A stretch of DNA of 64,000 nucleotides from an uncultured Eubacteriales bacterium (GTDB taxonomy: Bacteria; Bacillota; Clostridia; Oscillospirales; Acutalibacteraceae). This document shows positions 46,194 to 55,261 of this stretch, in pieces. Where the stretch lies: contig CAZLCG010000003.1 of assembly GCA_964557975.1 (NCBI GenBank), positions 2,239-66,238 of the forward strand, read 5' to 3'. The translations under genes and the position numbers were made by a program. Within the stretch, counting starts at the first letter, position 1. Every line of letters begins with the position of its first letter. A model generated the notes under the pieces. It did not search any database. It saw only the letters and a list, made by a program, of their open reading frames with translations, and had not been told where the DNA came from.

Positions 46194-48199
46194 AATATCA
46201 CGCTCCCTACCGTATAAACAAGACAAGCCGCAATCCACGCGACCAGACACTGCATAAACACAACCCCAGCGGTAGCCCACCTTGATTTAAGCTCCCTTTT
46301 AATCGTCGCGACAGCCGCAACGCAGGGCGTGTAGAGCAAGGTAAACACAAGAAAGCTTACAGCGGCAAGCGGAGTAAACATATTTGAAAGTACCGAGCCT
46401 AAATCGGACGTACCCGTATTCATAAGCACACAGAGCGTTGAAACGACCGCCTCTTTTGCGGAAAAGCCCGAAATAAGCGCAGTAGCCGCGCGCCAATCGT
46501 TAAAGCCCAAGGGCGCGAATATCGGGGCAATCAGCTTGCCTATCAGTGCCAAAAGGCTGTTTTCGCTGTCCGAAACCACATTTAATCTTGTGTCAAAGGT
46601 CTGTAAGAACCAAATAATTATCGTAGCGACAAAAATGACAGTAAACGCCCTTTGCAAAAAGTCCTTCGCCTTTTCCCAAAGCAGCAGAGCAACGCTTTTT
46701 GCCGACGGCAAGCGGTAATTCGGAAGCTCCATAACGAACGGCACGGGACTGCCCGTAAATACCGTTTTTTTAAGAATAAGAGCAATAATTATTCCGAGTA
46801 TAATTCCGAGCGCATACAATCCGATCATAACAAACGCCGCGCAGTCGGGGAAGAACGCCGCCGAAAAGACCGCGTAAATCGGTATTTTTGCCGAACAGCT
46901 CATATAAGGGGTTAAAAGAATTGTCATTTTGCGGTCACGGTCGGAGGATACCGTTCTTGTAGCCATAATTGCGGGAACGGTACAGCCGAAGCCTATCAGC
47001 ATAGGCACAAAGCTCCTGCCCGAAAGACCGATTTTACGAAGAAGTCTGTCCATAACAAAGGCAACGCGAGCCATATAACCCGTATCCTCGAGAATTGAAA
47101 GGAAGAAAAACAGCGTTACGATAATAGGCAAAAACGACAGAACACTGCCGACGCCCGCAAAAATACCGTCAATTATCAGGCTATGTACGACAGGGTTTAT
47201 TCCGTACGCGGTAAGCCCCATATCGCAAAGCTCTGTGAGCCTGTCTATTCCGAGGCTTAAAAGATCTGAAAGCGCCGTTCCGATTACGCCGAAGGTAAGC
47301 CAAAACACAAGGAACATTATTATAAAGAAAAAAGGTATTGCCGTGTATTTGCCCGTAAGTATCTTATCTATTTTAATACTGCGGCGATGCTCCCTGCTCT
47401 CACGGCACTTAACTACAGACGAAGCAACAACGCCCTCTATAAACGTATAACGCATATCGGCAAGAGCGGCGTTGCGGTCAAGCCCCGATTCATTTTCAAG
47501 CTCAACTATACAATGCTCCAAAAGCTCCTTTTCGTTGTCGTCAAGCTGTAATTTATCAGCAAGCTCTGCGTCGCCCTCAATAAGCTTTGTCGTGCAAAAT
47601 CTTGCGGGAAGTCCGAGTCTTTGCGCGTGGTCATCAATAAGATGCACAACAGCGTGAATACACCGATGAACGGGAGAACTGTTTTTGCAAAAATCCCAAA
47701 CCTTTGGGTATGTCCTGCTCCTTGCCGTTTGAACCGCTTGGTTTATAAGCTCCGAAACGCCGTCGCCCTTTGAAGCGCTGATAGGAACAACGGGAATACC
47801 CAATTCCTCGCTCATCTTTTTAATGTCTACCGTTCCGCCGTTTGAGGCAACCTCGTCCATCATATTAAGAGCGAGCACCATAGGCACTCTAAGCTCCAAA
47901 AGCTGTAAGGTTAAATATAAGTTTCTTTCAATATTGGTCGCGTCGACAATATTTATTATGCCGTCGGGCTTTTCGTTTATTATAAAATCACGGGTTACCG
48001 TTTCCTCCTGAGTATACGGCCTTAATGAATAAATACCCGGCAAATCTACAATCGAACATTCTTTTTCGCCTTTTATTTCACCGATTTTCCGGTCAACGGT
48101 AACTCCGGGAAAATTACCGACGTGCTGATTAGAGCCGGTAAGAGCGTTAAAAAGCGTCGTTTTACCGCAGTTCTGATTTCCTGCAAGCGCAAAAATCAT
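46190..48199 (-). CDS. feoB: Ferrous iron transporter FeoB
   Basis: N-terminal G-domain ALAGNQNCGKTTLFNALTG and DLPGIYSL, followed by polytopic permease domains. Confidence 0.95.
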   Translation of the reverse strand: MIFALAGNQNCGKTTLFNALTGSNQHVGNFPGVTVDRKIGEIKGEKECSIVDLPGIYSLRPYTQEETVTRDFIINEKPDGIINIVDATNIERNLYLTLQLLELRVPMVLALNMMDEVASNGGTVDIKKMSEELGIPVVPISASKGDGVSELINQAVQTARSRTYPKVWDFCKNSSPVHRCIHAVVHLIDDHAQRLGLPARFCTTKLIEGDAELADKLQLDDNEKELLEHCIVELENESGLDRNAALADMRYTFIEGVVASSVVKCRESREHRRSIKIDKILTGKYTAIPFFFIIMFLVFWLTFGVIGTALSDLLSLGIDRLTELCDMGLTAYGINPVVHSLIIDGIFAGVGSVLSFLPIIVTLFFFLSILEDTGYMARVAFVMDRLLRKIGLSGRSFVPMLIGFGCTVPAIMATRTVSSDRDRKMTILLTPYMSCSAKIPIYAVFSAAFFPDCAAFVMIGLYALGIILGIIIALILKKTVFTGSPVPFVMELPNYRLPSAKSVALLLWEKAKDFLQRAFTVIFVATIIIWFLQTFDTRLNVVSDSENSLLALIGKLIAPIFAPLGFNDWRAATALISGFSAKEAVVSTLCVLMNTGTSDLGSVLSNMFTPLAAVSFLVFTLLYTPCVAAVATIKRELKSRWATAGVVFMQCLVAWIAACLVYTVGSVIL

Positions 48200-48201
48200 T
48201 T

Positions 48202-48432
48202 TTAATTCTCCTCTTGCTTTACTTCAATTTTTTTAGCGTCCTCAATTCTTAACGTAAGCTCGTATCCCCTTACATGAATTTCAATAGGATCGCCCATTGG
48301 GGCAATCTTTCGGAGCGTTACCTCAGTGTGCGGAATAAGCCCCATATCGAGAAGCCTGCACCTGAGTGCCCCCTCTCCGTTCACAGCGGTAATGGTTGCC
48401 GTACTACCTATTTTTATTTCATTAAGTGTCAC
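48202..48432 (-). CDS. feoA: FeoA family protein
   Basis: 76 aa, SH3-like FeoA pattern (RLLDMGLIPHTEVTL...GDPIEI). It lies immediately upstream of feoB. Confidence 0.9.
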   Translation of the reverse strand: MTLNEIKIGSTATITAVNGEGALRCRLLDMGLIPHTEVTLRKIAPMGDPIEIHVRGYELTLRIEDAKKIEVKQEEN

Positions 48433-48449
48433 AATATTACCTCCAAAAA

Positions 48450-48483
48450 GTTAGTATACGCTAACAATTTAAAATATGTTAGC
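48450..48483. promoter_or_regulatory. Operator-like inverted GCTAACA/TGTTAGC half-sites in the feoA promoter and leader
   Basis: GCTAACA (48460-66) and TGTTAGC (48477-83), plus an extra GTTAG at 48450. They lie downstream of a minus-strand TTGACA. Confidence 0.35.
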
Positions 48484-48552
48484 ACTATCAAACTTTTTTT
48501 GTCAAGATTTTTCGGCAAAATACAATTTTTTTCATTCAAATATTTTAATCAA

Positions 48553-48648
48553 AGCAACGCTGCGGAAAGCTTGATTGAAACATTGCCTGCGAACGGCTGC
48601 AGCCCGCCGCCTTGGCGCAGGTGGGTTTTATGTCAACATAAATAAACC
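48553..48648 (+). repeat. Intergenic repeat family, copy A
   Basis: AGCAACGCTGCGGAAAGCT...GCCTGCGAACGGCTGCAGCCCGCC...GGTGGG...ACATAAATAAACC aligns with 52533..52631. Confidence 0.75.
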
Positions 48649-48718
48649 AATATCATTATATGCCGGGTCAGACGTCAAAAAACAAAGGACGGTCATTTTG
48701 CCCATAACCGCCCTTTTG

Positions 48719-49387
48719 TTATTTTTTACTTTTACTTTCTCTTTTCTTCTCGCGGAAGCTTTTTCCGTAGTATTTTTTTAACAGTCTTTGGGTTTGCCTC
48801 TCGCACAGACCTATTTTGCGGGATAACTCCGTCAAGGTTATATCGGGCGTATATAAAAGCGCCTGCTCGATAATAACAAAGCGTCTGTCGTACAGTCCCG
48901 TATAAGCCGCGTTTTCAACAAAGCCGCTCGGCATAAAATGTCTTGTAATATCAGTCAACAGTTTCATTGAAAGTCCGCATACAACGCTTTCGTAATCCAC
49001 ATTTTTTTGTCTGTATTCCTGTAAAATCTGCTGCGCTGTCGACACGTCAAAATCCTCAAAAAAGCAAAAGCAGTTTTCTAAAAATACCGATGAAACCGCA
49101 TTAGCTTTATCGGTGCGGACAGCCTGATACATAATAAAAATATCATTTACGGGATTGCTCTTATCGGCAATTTGCTCGTGATAAACATTAGGTCCTGTAA
49201 TGAAAAAGTTAGGCTTTGTAAGCTCGTATTTGTTTGTATCGGTAATCAAAATTCCCTTGCCGCCGGTAATAAAATGCAGCTCATAGCTGTTTATTGAGTG
49301 GGCGTGCCTCGGTATATCCTTTCCGAGCGTACCGCCGCCTATATCCGTCATATTAAACAAAACGTCATTCCAATAAAATTCAATCAT
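48719..49387 (-). CDS. AraC-family regulator (cupin sensor + short C-terminal HTH region)
   Basis: Cupin-like N-terminus (HAHSINSYELHFITGG). C-terminus LTELSRKIGLCERQTQRLLKKYYGKSF. Only one HTH repeat is evident. Confidence 0.65.
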   Translation of the reverse strand: MIEFYWNDVLFNMTDIGGGTLGKDIPRHAHSINSYELHFITGGKGILITDTNKYELTKPNFFITGPNVYHEQIADKSNPVNDIFIMYQAVRTDKANAVSSVFLENCFCFFEDFDVSTAQQILQEYRQKNVDYESVVCGLSMKLLTDITRHFMPSGFVENAAYTGLYDRRFVIIEQALLYTPDITLTELSRKIGLCERQTQRLLKKYYGKSFREKKRESKSKK

Positions 49388-49500
49388 TTTTTCCCTCTTT
49401 ATTTCAGTAAAATTATTTTACCGCAAACACGACATTTTTTCAATCATTATGTCGTATTCATCCGAAATTTATATGCTATAATTTTTTTGAGGTGACAATT

Positions 49501-52185
49501 ATGAAAAAAACTTTAAAAAGGACTTTGAGTATAATGCTTTGCGGTTCGGTTATTCTCTCCGCGTCGGCATGCGGCGGCAGTAAAGCCGACAGCGCTGATA
49601 TTGAAAAAATTTTTACCGATTTAAGCAAAATTTCGTACAGCGAAAGTTACACCGAACTGTCAGCGTCAGAAAAAAATAAAACGGACGATTGGCGGCAGGG
49701 TATGGTATCGGGCAACGGCTTGCAGGGCTTTATAGAAAGCGGTTCGCCGTATTCCGATACGTTTATTTTTCAAAATATGCATTTTATTATGCCGAACGAT
49801 AATGTCAGATACTGCCCCGAAACCTTTGATGAGCTTGAAAGCGTTAAACAGCACATTGTTAACGGCGAGGATATAACGGACAACGCGAGCTACGACGACG
49901 TTTACCGTTTCCATCCGGGCGGTCAGCTGAGGCTCAGTATTGACGGTGCAAGCGCTGCAAATTATTTAAGATATACCGATTACGAATCCTCTCAGGTCGG
50001 TGTGCATTATACCGACAAAAACGGTACATGGGACAGAAAATCATTTACCTCCATGGCGGACGGTGTTGTAATTACACAGCTTGCCTCCTCCGATACGGGC
50101 ACAAAGGTGAATGCTGTTCTATCCTTTGACGATATATCCACACTTGCCAATTTCGGCGACAGCGACGAGGTAAATATTGAATACAAAAAGCTTGTGTCGG
50201 ATAATGCGGATTCAATAGCCTTTGTCGCTCATTACCCCGATTATGATAACAGCGAACTGAAAAACGGCGGCTATGCAACGCTTACATATGTCGTGACGGT
50301 AGGCGGCAAAAAAGAAAAAACCGTTCTTAATAAAAATACGGAAGAAAAGCAATTCTGCGGCGAGAACAGCGGCATCAGAATAACCGATGCGGACGCCGTT
50401 TATCTTATCACGGTTTCAGACCGTACATATGATATAGGCGCATTTGCCGAATTTGAAAATCGGCAAAGCTTTGCCCTTGTCGATGAGCTTTACTCCAAAA
50501 CAAAGGCAGTTGCCGACAAATATTCAAACGGCACAGGCTTTGATTACGAAGCAGCGCTTAATAATCATCTTGAAATTTACTCTCCTCAGTTTGACGCAGT
50601 AACATTAACTCTCGGCGAAAACAGCACGGAATCAAACGAAAGTCTTATCAATTCGCAAAAAAATAAAAATAAAATAAACTCCGCGCTTGCGCAAAGGGCT
50701 TACTATTCGGGCAGATACGCCTATCTTTGCTGCAGCGGTTACTCAACGACCCGACTTTACGGTATGTGGACGGGCGAATGGAATACAGGCTGGGGAAGCA
50801 AATACACAATGGATGCAAACGTCAATCTGCAAACCTCGTCAATGAACACGGGAAATATCAGCTCAACACCCGTCGGGTATGCATATTTTATACTGCGGCA
50901 GCTCCCCGACTGGGAAGAAAACGCTTATGCAACGCACGGCTTTACGGACGCTATTCAGGCTCCCGTAAACAGCGACGGCGACAAGGCGGTAATAACCGAA
51001 ACCTGTTATTCGTACCCGTTCAGGTATTGGAATGCAGGCGCATCGTGGATGCTTCAGCCCTTGTATGAAACATTACTGTGCTACGGTAATATAAATATTC
51101 CGTTAAGCGATGAATTTGACCTTGAAGAGCTTAAATCCGTCCTTTCCCCCACCGCTGATGATTTGACGCAGGACGATATAAAAGAAATTACCGACAGAGG
51201 TTATTTAAGACTTCAGGAGGATATTCTGCTTCCGCTGCTTACAAAATCCGCAAACTATTGGGCACAGCTTGTTTCGACCGAATATTATACGGACAGTGAC
51301 GGTGCAATACATTACGAAGCAGGGAAAACCAATTTAAAGGAGGGCGAAAGCTATTGTATACTGCCAAGCTACTCGCCCGAAAACAACCCCTCGAACTATC
51401 CCAGCCCCTCGGATGCAAACTGTGCAATCGACATAGCCGCTTGCAGAGACAACCTGAATATGCTCATAGATATAATCAACAGAACCGAGCCTGATAAAGA
51501 CACGTCAAAATGGCAGGAACTGCTTAACAATCTCCCTCCCTATCTTTATGATGAAACAGGCGCGTTAAAGGAATGGGCAACCACATCGTTCACCGAAAAC
51601 AACGAGCATAGGCATTTAAGCCACCTATACTGCGCATGGCCGTTATTTGAAACGCAGAATAATAATGAGCTTACAAATGCGTGTAATCAGGCAATCGCAA
51701 ACCGTGAAAGTGAAAACGAGGCAAGCCATGCGCTTGTTCACAGGTCTTTGATTTGCGCAAGGTTAAAGGATAGGGACGGTCTTACCGACGCGTTGACGGA
51801 TCTGATGTCCTCAAAGATTTATTATGATTCGCTGATGACAAATCACCATATGAATGCAAGCAGCGCTTACTGCACAGACTTCACAATAGGTTATCTCGGA
51901 ATAATTAACGAGAGCCTTGTTTATTCAAACATAGGTGAAATAGAGATTTTGCCTGCTCTGTTAAACAGCGGATTTGAGAAAGGCGCGTTAACGGGAATCA
52001 GGGCGCGCACACAGGCAACCGTCGAAAAGCTCGAATGGGATATTGAAAACGGCACTGCGACCGTAACGGTAAAATCAGATATTGCGCAAGAGATTAAAAT
52101 CACCTGCGGTCTTTCAAGTGATGAACAGACAGTAGGCTTTAACGCAAACGAAGCAAAAACAATAACCTTTGAATTAAACAAATAA
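49501..52185 (+). CDS. Lipoprotein, glycoside hydrolase family 95-like (alpha-L-fucosidase-type)
   Basis: Lipobox SASACGG. WRQGMVSGNGLQG N-terminal motif. GWGSKYTMDANVNLQ is like the GH95 N-I-N-x-Q region. About 890 aa. Confidence 0.55.
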   Translation: MKKTLKRTLSIMLCGSVILSASACGGSKADSADIEKIFTDLSKISYSESYTELSASEKNKTDDWRQGMVSGNGLQGFIESGSPYSDTFIFQNMHFIMPNDNVRYCPETFDELESVKQHIVNGEDITDNASYDDVYRFHPGGQLRLSIDGASAANYLRYTDYESSQVGVHYTDKNGTWDRKSFTSMADGVVITQLASSDTGTKVNAVLSFDDISTLANFGDSDEVNIEYKKLVSDNADSIAFVAHYPDYDNSELKNGGYATLTYVVTVGGKKEKTVLNKNTEEKQFCGENSGIRITDADAVYLITVSDRTYDIGAFAEFENRQSFALVDELYSKTKAVADKYSNGTGFDYEAALNNHLEIYSPQFDAVTLTLGENSTESNESLINSQKNKNKINSALAQRAYYSGRYAYLCCSGYSTTRLYGMWTGEWNTGWGSKYTMDANVNLQTSSMNTGNISSTPVGYAYFILRQLPDWEENAYATHGFTDAIQAPVNSDGDKAVITETCYSYPFRYWNAGASWMLQPLYETLLCYGNINIPLSDEFDLEELKSVLSPTADDLTQDDIKEITDRGYLRLQEDILLPLLTKSANYWAQLVSTEYYTDSDGAIHYEAGKTNLKEGESYCILPSYSPENNPSNYPSPSDANCAIDIAACRDNLNMLIDIINRTEPDKDTSKWQELLNNLPPYLYDETGALKEWATTSFTENNEHRHLSHLYCAWPLFETQNNNELTNACNQAIANRESENEASHALVHRSLICARLKDRDGLTDALTDLMSSKIYYDSLMTNHHMNASSAYCTDFTIGYLGIINESLVYSNIGEIEILPALLNSGFEKGALTGIRARTQATVEKLEWDIENGTATVTVKSDIAQEIKITCGLSSDEQTVGFNANEAKTITFELNK

Positions 52186-52200
52186 AGCGTTTCGTCAAAA

Positions 52201-52247
52201 GAAGCGGCAGGATTCATATGAAATCTGCCGCTTCTCTGTTAATTTTT
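52201..52247 (+). terminator. Terminator after the GH95-like gene
   Basis: GAAGCGGCAG-14 nt-CTGCCGCTTC, then TCTGTTAATTTTT. Confidence 0.7.
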
Positions 52248-52306
52248 AAATTAAAGAATTCTTATTTTCATAATTTTATACTCACCTCACCGAAATTACG
52301 AAATTT

Positions 52307-52330
52307 CCCCCGCCGCTAAAGCGGCGGGGG
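52307..52330. terminator. GC-rich perfect hairpin (CCCCCGCCGC-TAAA-GCGGCGGGGG) downstream of tRNA-Leu
   Basis: 10-bp stem. The flanking U-runs are weak. Confidence 0.45.
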
Positions 52331-52367
52331 ACGTCTGCATTTTGGTTATGTTTTGGTTATATTGCCT

Positions 52368-52454
52368 TGGTGCCGCTGACCGGACTTGAACCGGTACGGT
52401 GTTGCCACCGAGGGATTTTAAGTCCCTTGCGTCTGCCGATTTCGCCACAGCGGC
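52368..52454 (-). tRNA. tRNA-Leu (anticodon UAA), long variable arm, encoded CCA
   Basis: Hand-folded cloverleaf. Acceptor GCCGCTG/CAGCGGC. Anticodon stem AGGGA/TCCCT with loop CTTAAAA. T-arm ACCGG-TTCAAGT-CCGGT. 3' ACCA. Confidence 0.9.
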
Positions 52455-52532
52455 ATATTTTTAATGCTTTGATATTATATAAAATTTCAATCCCAAAGTC
52501 AATACCGAGAATAAACAAATTTTTTAAATCGG

Positions 52533-52631
52533 AGCAACGCTACGGCAAGCTCGCTCGAACCGGCGCCTGCGAACGATTGCAGCCCGCCCTCAGAGGCGGT
52601 GGGACATCCGCGCTTAGGTTACATAAAAACC
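52533..52631 (+). repeat. Intergenic repeat family, copy B
   Basis: AGCAACGCTACGGCAAGCT...GCCTGCGAACGATTGCAGCCCGCC...GGTGGG...ACATAAAAACC. Confidence 0.75.
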
Positions 52632-52676
52632 GTAACAGAGTATGTTTAAGGCTTGAAAATTAAAACCAATTTCCGA

Positions 52677-52718
52677 TTAAAAAACGGGCTGCCAAAGCAA
52701 ATCACAGACAGCCCGTTT
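52677..52718 (-). terminator. Terminator after the GPH symporter gene
   Basis: AAACGGGCTG/CAGCCCGTTT stem followed by U-run on the minus strand. Confidence 0.7.
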
Positions 52719-52749
52719 GTTTATCCTGTTAGGTCTTTAAATTTCCTGC

Positions 52750-54327
52750 TTATTCTTCGGAGGCTTTGCCGTCGGCAGAGGATGACTTACGCCTTTCAAT
52801 AAGCTCGTCAAGTATTCTTTCATGCTCATCGTCCGTAAGCGGATATTTAAGAGTGGGAATAACCGAAAGAATCATTCCTATTGCGGGAGGAATTGAGATA
52901 AGGAAGAACATAGCCATCGCATATTTGCCGTCGTTCGCCTCATAGAAATGATATTTGCCCTCGGCAAGGTCAAGGTTGAGCGTTTCAATATATTCCTCCG
53001 AGTAATGAACGATACTGTAAACAATACCCGAAATAAGCGAAGCAACGCCCGCTGAAAGCTTTGTAATAAAAGACTGACCCGAGAAGAACACTCCGTCGGT
53101 ACGAACGCCGTTGGTATATTCCTCATAGTCAACGCAGTCCGCAATCATAATAGACTGGAGAATGTTAATCGAACCCATAGCCCATGATGAAGCGAACATC
53201 ATAACAGCCATGAGAATAACATAGAGCCAGCTCTTTTCAAGATTTCCGCCCGAAAGCATGAATACAACGAAAATCAGAGCGTACGGTACAGCGCCGCCGA
53301 GAGAATAGAAATTATAAAGCTTCTTCTTGCCGAACTTCGGAACAAGCGACGGCGTAACGGCAGTGCCGATGATAAGACCGCCGAGAATACCGATCGCCAT
53401 AAGAACCAGCTTGATAATTTTGTCTATCTGAAGCTGCCCGTCAACAATTATATTCGCAATATTGTTGTCAAGGAAATAATATATAACAAGAGTAAGACCG
53501 ACTATTGAAAGAAGCTGGATAGGGCTTCTTAAAACGCCCGAAACAAGAATTTTTCTGAACGGGACGTTGCGGAACATTGTCTGAAAATTCTCTTTAAGAG
53601 TATAGTGCTTTTCGGACTGTTTAACTCTTTCTTTAACGGAAAGACCCGAAAACTGGAACAATATTGTCGCAAAAACGGTAAGTATAACAGCAATAATCAA
53701 ATATGATTTTCTGTCAGCGTGGATAAGATCCATACCCTGACTTTGGAATGTGGGAGAAAGCGCCTTGCCCGCAAAGGTGATAAGCATACCGATAGCGCCG
53801 ACATTGGCGACGATACGGGCAAGAGAAAGAGCCTTGGATCTGTCTTTTTCACTGTCTGTCATAAGAGAGGTTACGCCCCAAAGCGGAATATCGCCGATAG
53901 TGTAGGTCATACCCCAAAGAATATACGAAACCGCCGCCCAAGCGATGATAAGCGCATGCGCCGCAGTAGAATCGTAATCGGTGTAAACGGCGTTGCAGAA
54001 GGTCAGAACGGTTATAATTCCGATCGGTATTGGTACAAACATAAGATAAGGCTTACATTTGCCCCATTTTGTTCTTGTTCTGTCAACAATAGAACCCATC
54101 ATAGGGTCGTTGACGGCGTCCCATACTCTTGCAATAAAGAATATGACCGAAATCGCCATCGCAGGCATAAATATAATTGACTGCCAGAAATACTGAAGTC
54201 CGCCGGAAATGATGTTGTAAATGATGTTCTGACCGGCAAGACCGACAAGATAGCCTGCAAGCTCTTTGCCCGTGTAAGTGCTGTGAACGACAGCGCCGGC
54301 GGGAGCCTGCGATTTGTTTTTGCTCAT
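52750..54327 (-). CDS. Glycoside-pentoside-hexuronide (GPH):cation symporter, MFS-type
   Basis: 12-TM-like profile. N-terminal region RVWDAVNDPMMGSIVDRTRTKWGKCKPY is typical of MelB/GPH. Confidence 0.8.
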   Translation of the reverse strand: MSKNKSQAPAGAVVHSTYTGKELAGYLVGLAGQNIIYNIISGGLQYFWQSIIFMPAMAISVIFFIARVWDAVNDPMMGSIVDRTRTKWGKCKPYLMFVPIPIGIITVLTFCNAVYTDYDSTAAHALIIAWAAVSYILWGMTYTIGDIPLWGVTSLMTDSEKDRSKALSLARIVANVGAIGMLITFAGKALSPTFQSQGMDLIHADRKSYLIIAVILTVFATILFQFSGLSVKERVKQSEKHYTLKENFQTMFRNVPFRKILVSGVLRSPIQLLSIVGLTLVIYYFLDNNIANIIVDGQLQIDKIIKLVLMAIGILGGLIIGTAVTPSLVPKFGKKKLYNFYSLGGAVPYALIFVVFMLSGGNLEKSWLYVILMAVMMFASSWAMGSINILQSIMIADCVDYEEYTNGVRTDGVFFSGQSFITKLSAGVASLISGIVYSIVHYSEEYIETLNLDLAEGKYHFYEANDGKYAMAMFFLISIPPAIGMILSVIPTLKYPLTDDEHERILDELIERRKSSSADGKASEE

Positions 54328-54650
54328 CTAATCCTTCCTTTTTTCACGCCGTCTCGGCGCGGATTTTAATTGCAATAACCTCACGTATCTCTGAGAAATC
54401 GAAGATTTCGGGAGCTGCGGAGAACATTGTACCGTCAATTCGGGCTTACGCCGCCCATTGTGCATTAAGCACAATGAGATTATGATTTAATATATTATAC
54501 CATAATGCAAATAAATTATTCAAGTAATTATTTGATTTTAGGCAATATGCACAAACCGAATATTTATATTTTATTAACTTTACCGTCTGCTCACACCCTC
54601 GGGCAAAAGCAAATGCCGTTCGGCATAAGCAAAACGGCATAATCGGCACA

Positions 54651-55148
54651 TCAATATCCGAACTGTCCCGAAACAGAATCGTCGTTGTCGATCCATTTTT
54701 TTACGTTTATTATTCTGTATTCATCGGAGGTATCTCTTATAATTATATGCTCGATACCCGCGTTGATTATAAGCCTTTTGCACATTGAACAGCTGTTTGC
54801 GTTTTCAACGTAATTTCCCGTTGCGCAGTCAACGCCGACAAGATACATAGTGCTTCCGAGCATTTCATTCCTCGAGGCGCTTATAATTGCGTTAGCCTCG
54901 GCGTGAACGCTTCTGCAAAGCTCATAGCGCTCACCTCTCGGGATATTAAGGTCGTCGCGGATGCAGGAATTAAGGTCGCAGCAGTTTTTTCTGCCGCGCG
55001 GCGCGCCGACATAGCCCGTTGAAATTACCTGATCGTTTTGAACTATTACAGCGCCGTAATGTTTGCGAAGACATGTGCTTCTCTGCGAAACCGCCTCAGC
55101 CAAATCAAGATAGTAGTTAATTTTATCCCGTCTTTCCAACGACAACAC
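54651..55148 (-). CDS. dCMP deaminase (ComEB-type)
   Basis: VHAEANAI and CSMCKRLIINAGI zinc motifs. 165 aa. Confidence 0.85.
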   Translation of the reverse strand: MLSLERRDKINYYLDLAEAVSQRSTCLRKHYGAVIVQNDQVISTGYVGAPRGRKNCCDLNSCIRDDLNIPRGERYELCRSVHAEANAIISASRNEMLGSTMYLVGVDCATGNYVENANSCSMCKRLIINAGIEHIIIRDTSDEYRIINVKKWIDNDDSVSGQFGY

Positions 55149-55261
55149 CTCTTTATTTCAGATATATTAAATATAACATTTAATACGGTATTATTCAATA
55201 TGGTATTTTTTACAAAAATTATCTTTTAATTTGTAAAACTGTTCTCAGCGACGGTATTTTG

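Noticed and set aside
46194-46280. The long form of the Cys-rich ORF (start 46280), overlapping the feoB 3' end.
   Set aside because: The internal ATG at 46193 gives the typical FeoB-associated Cys-rich membrane peptide and forms an ATGA overlap with the feoB stop.
54456-54476. The palindrome CATTGTGC-ATTAA-GCACAATG upstream of the GPH symporter gene.
   Set aside because: It is a single short hairpin with no partner site or recognisable operator family. Noted, but not strong enough to call.
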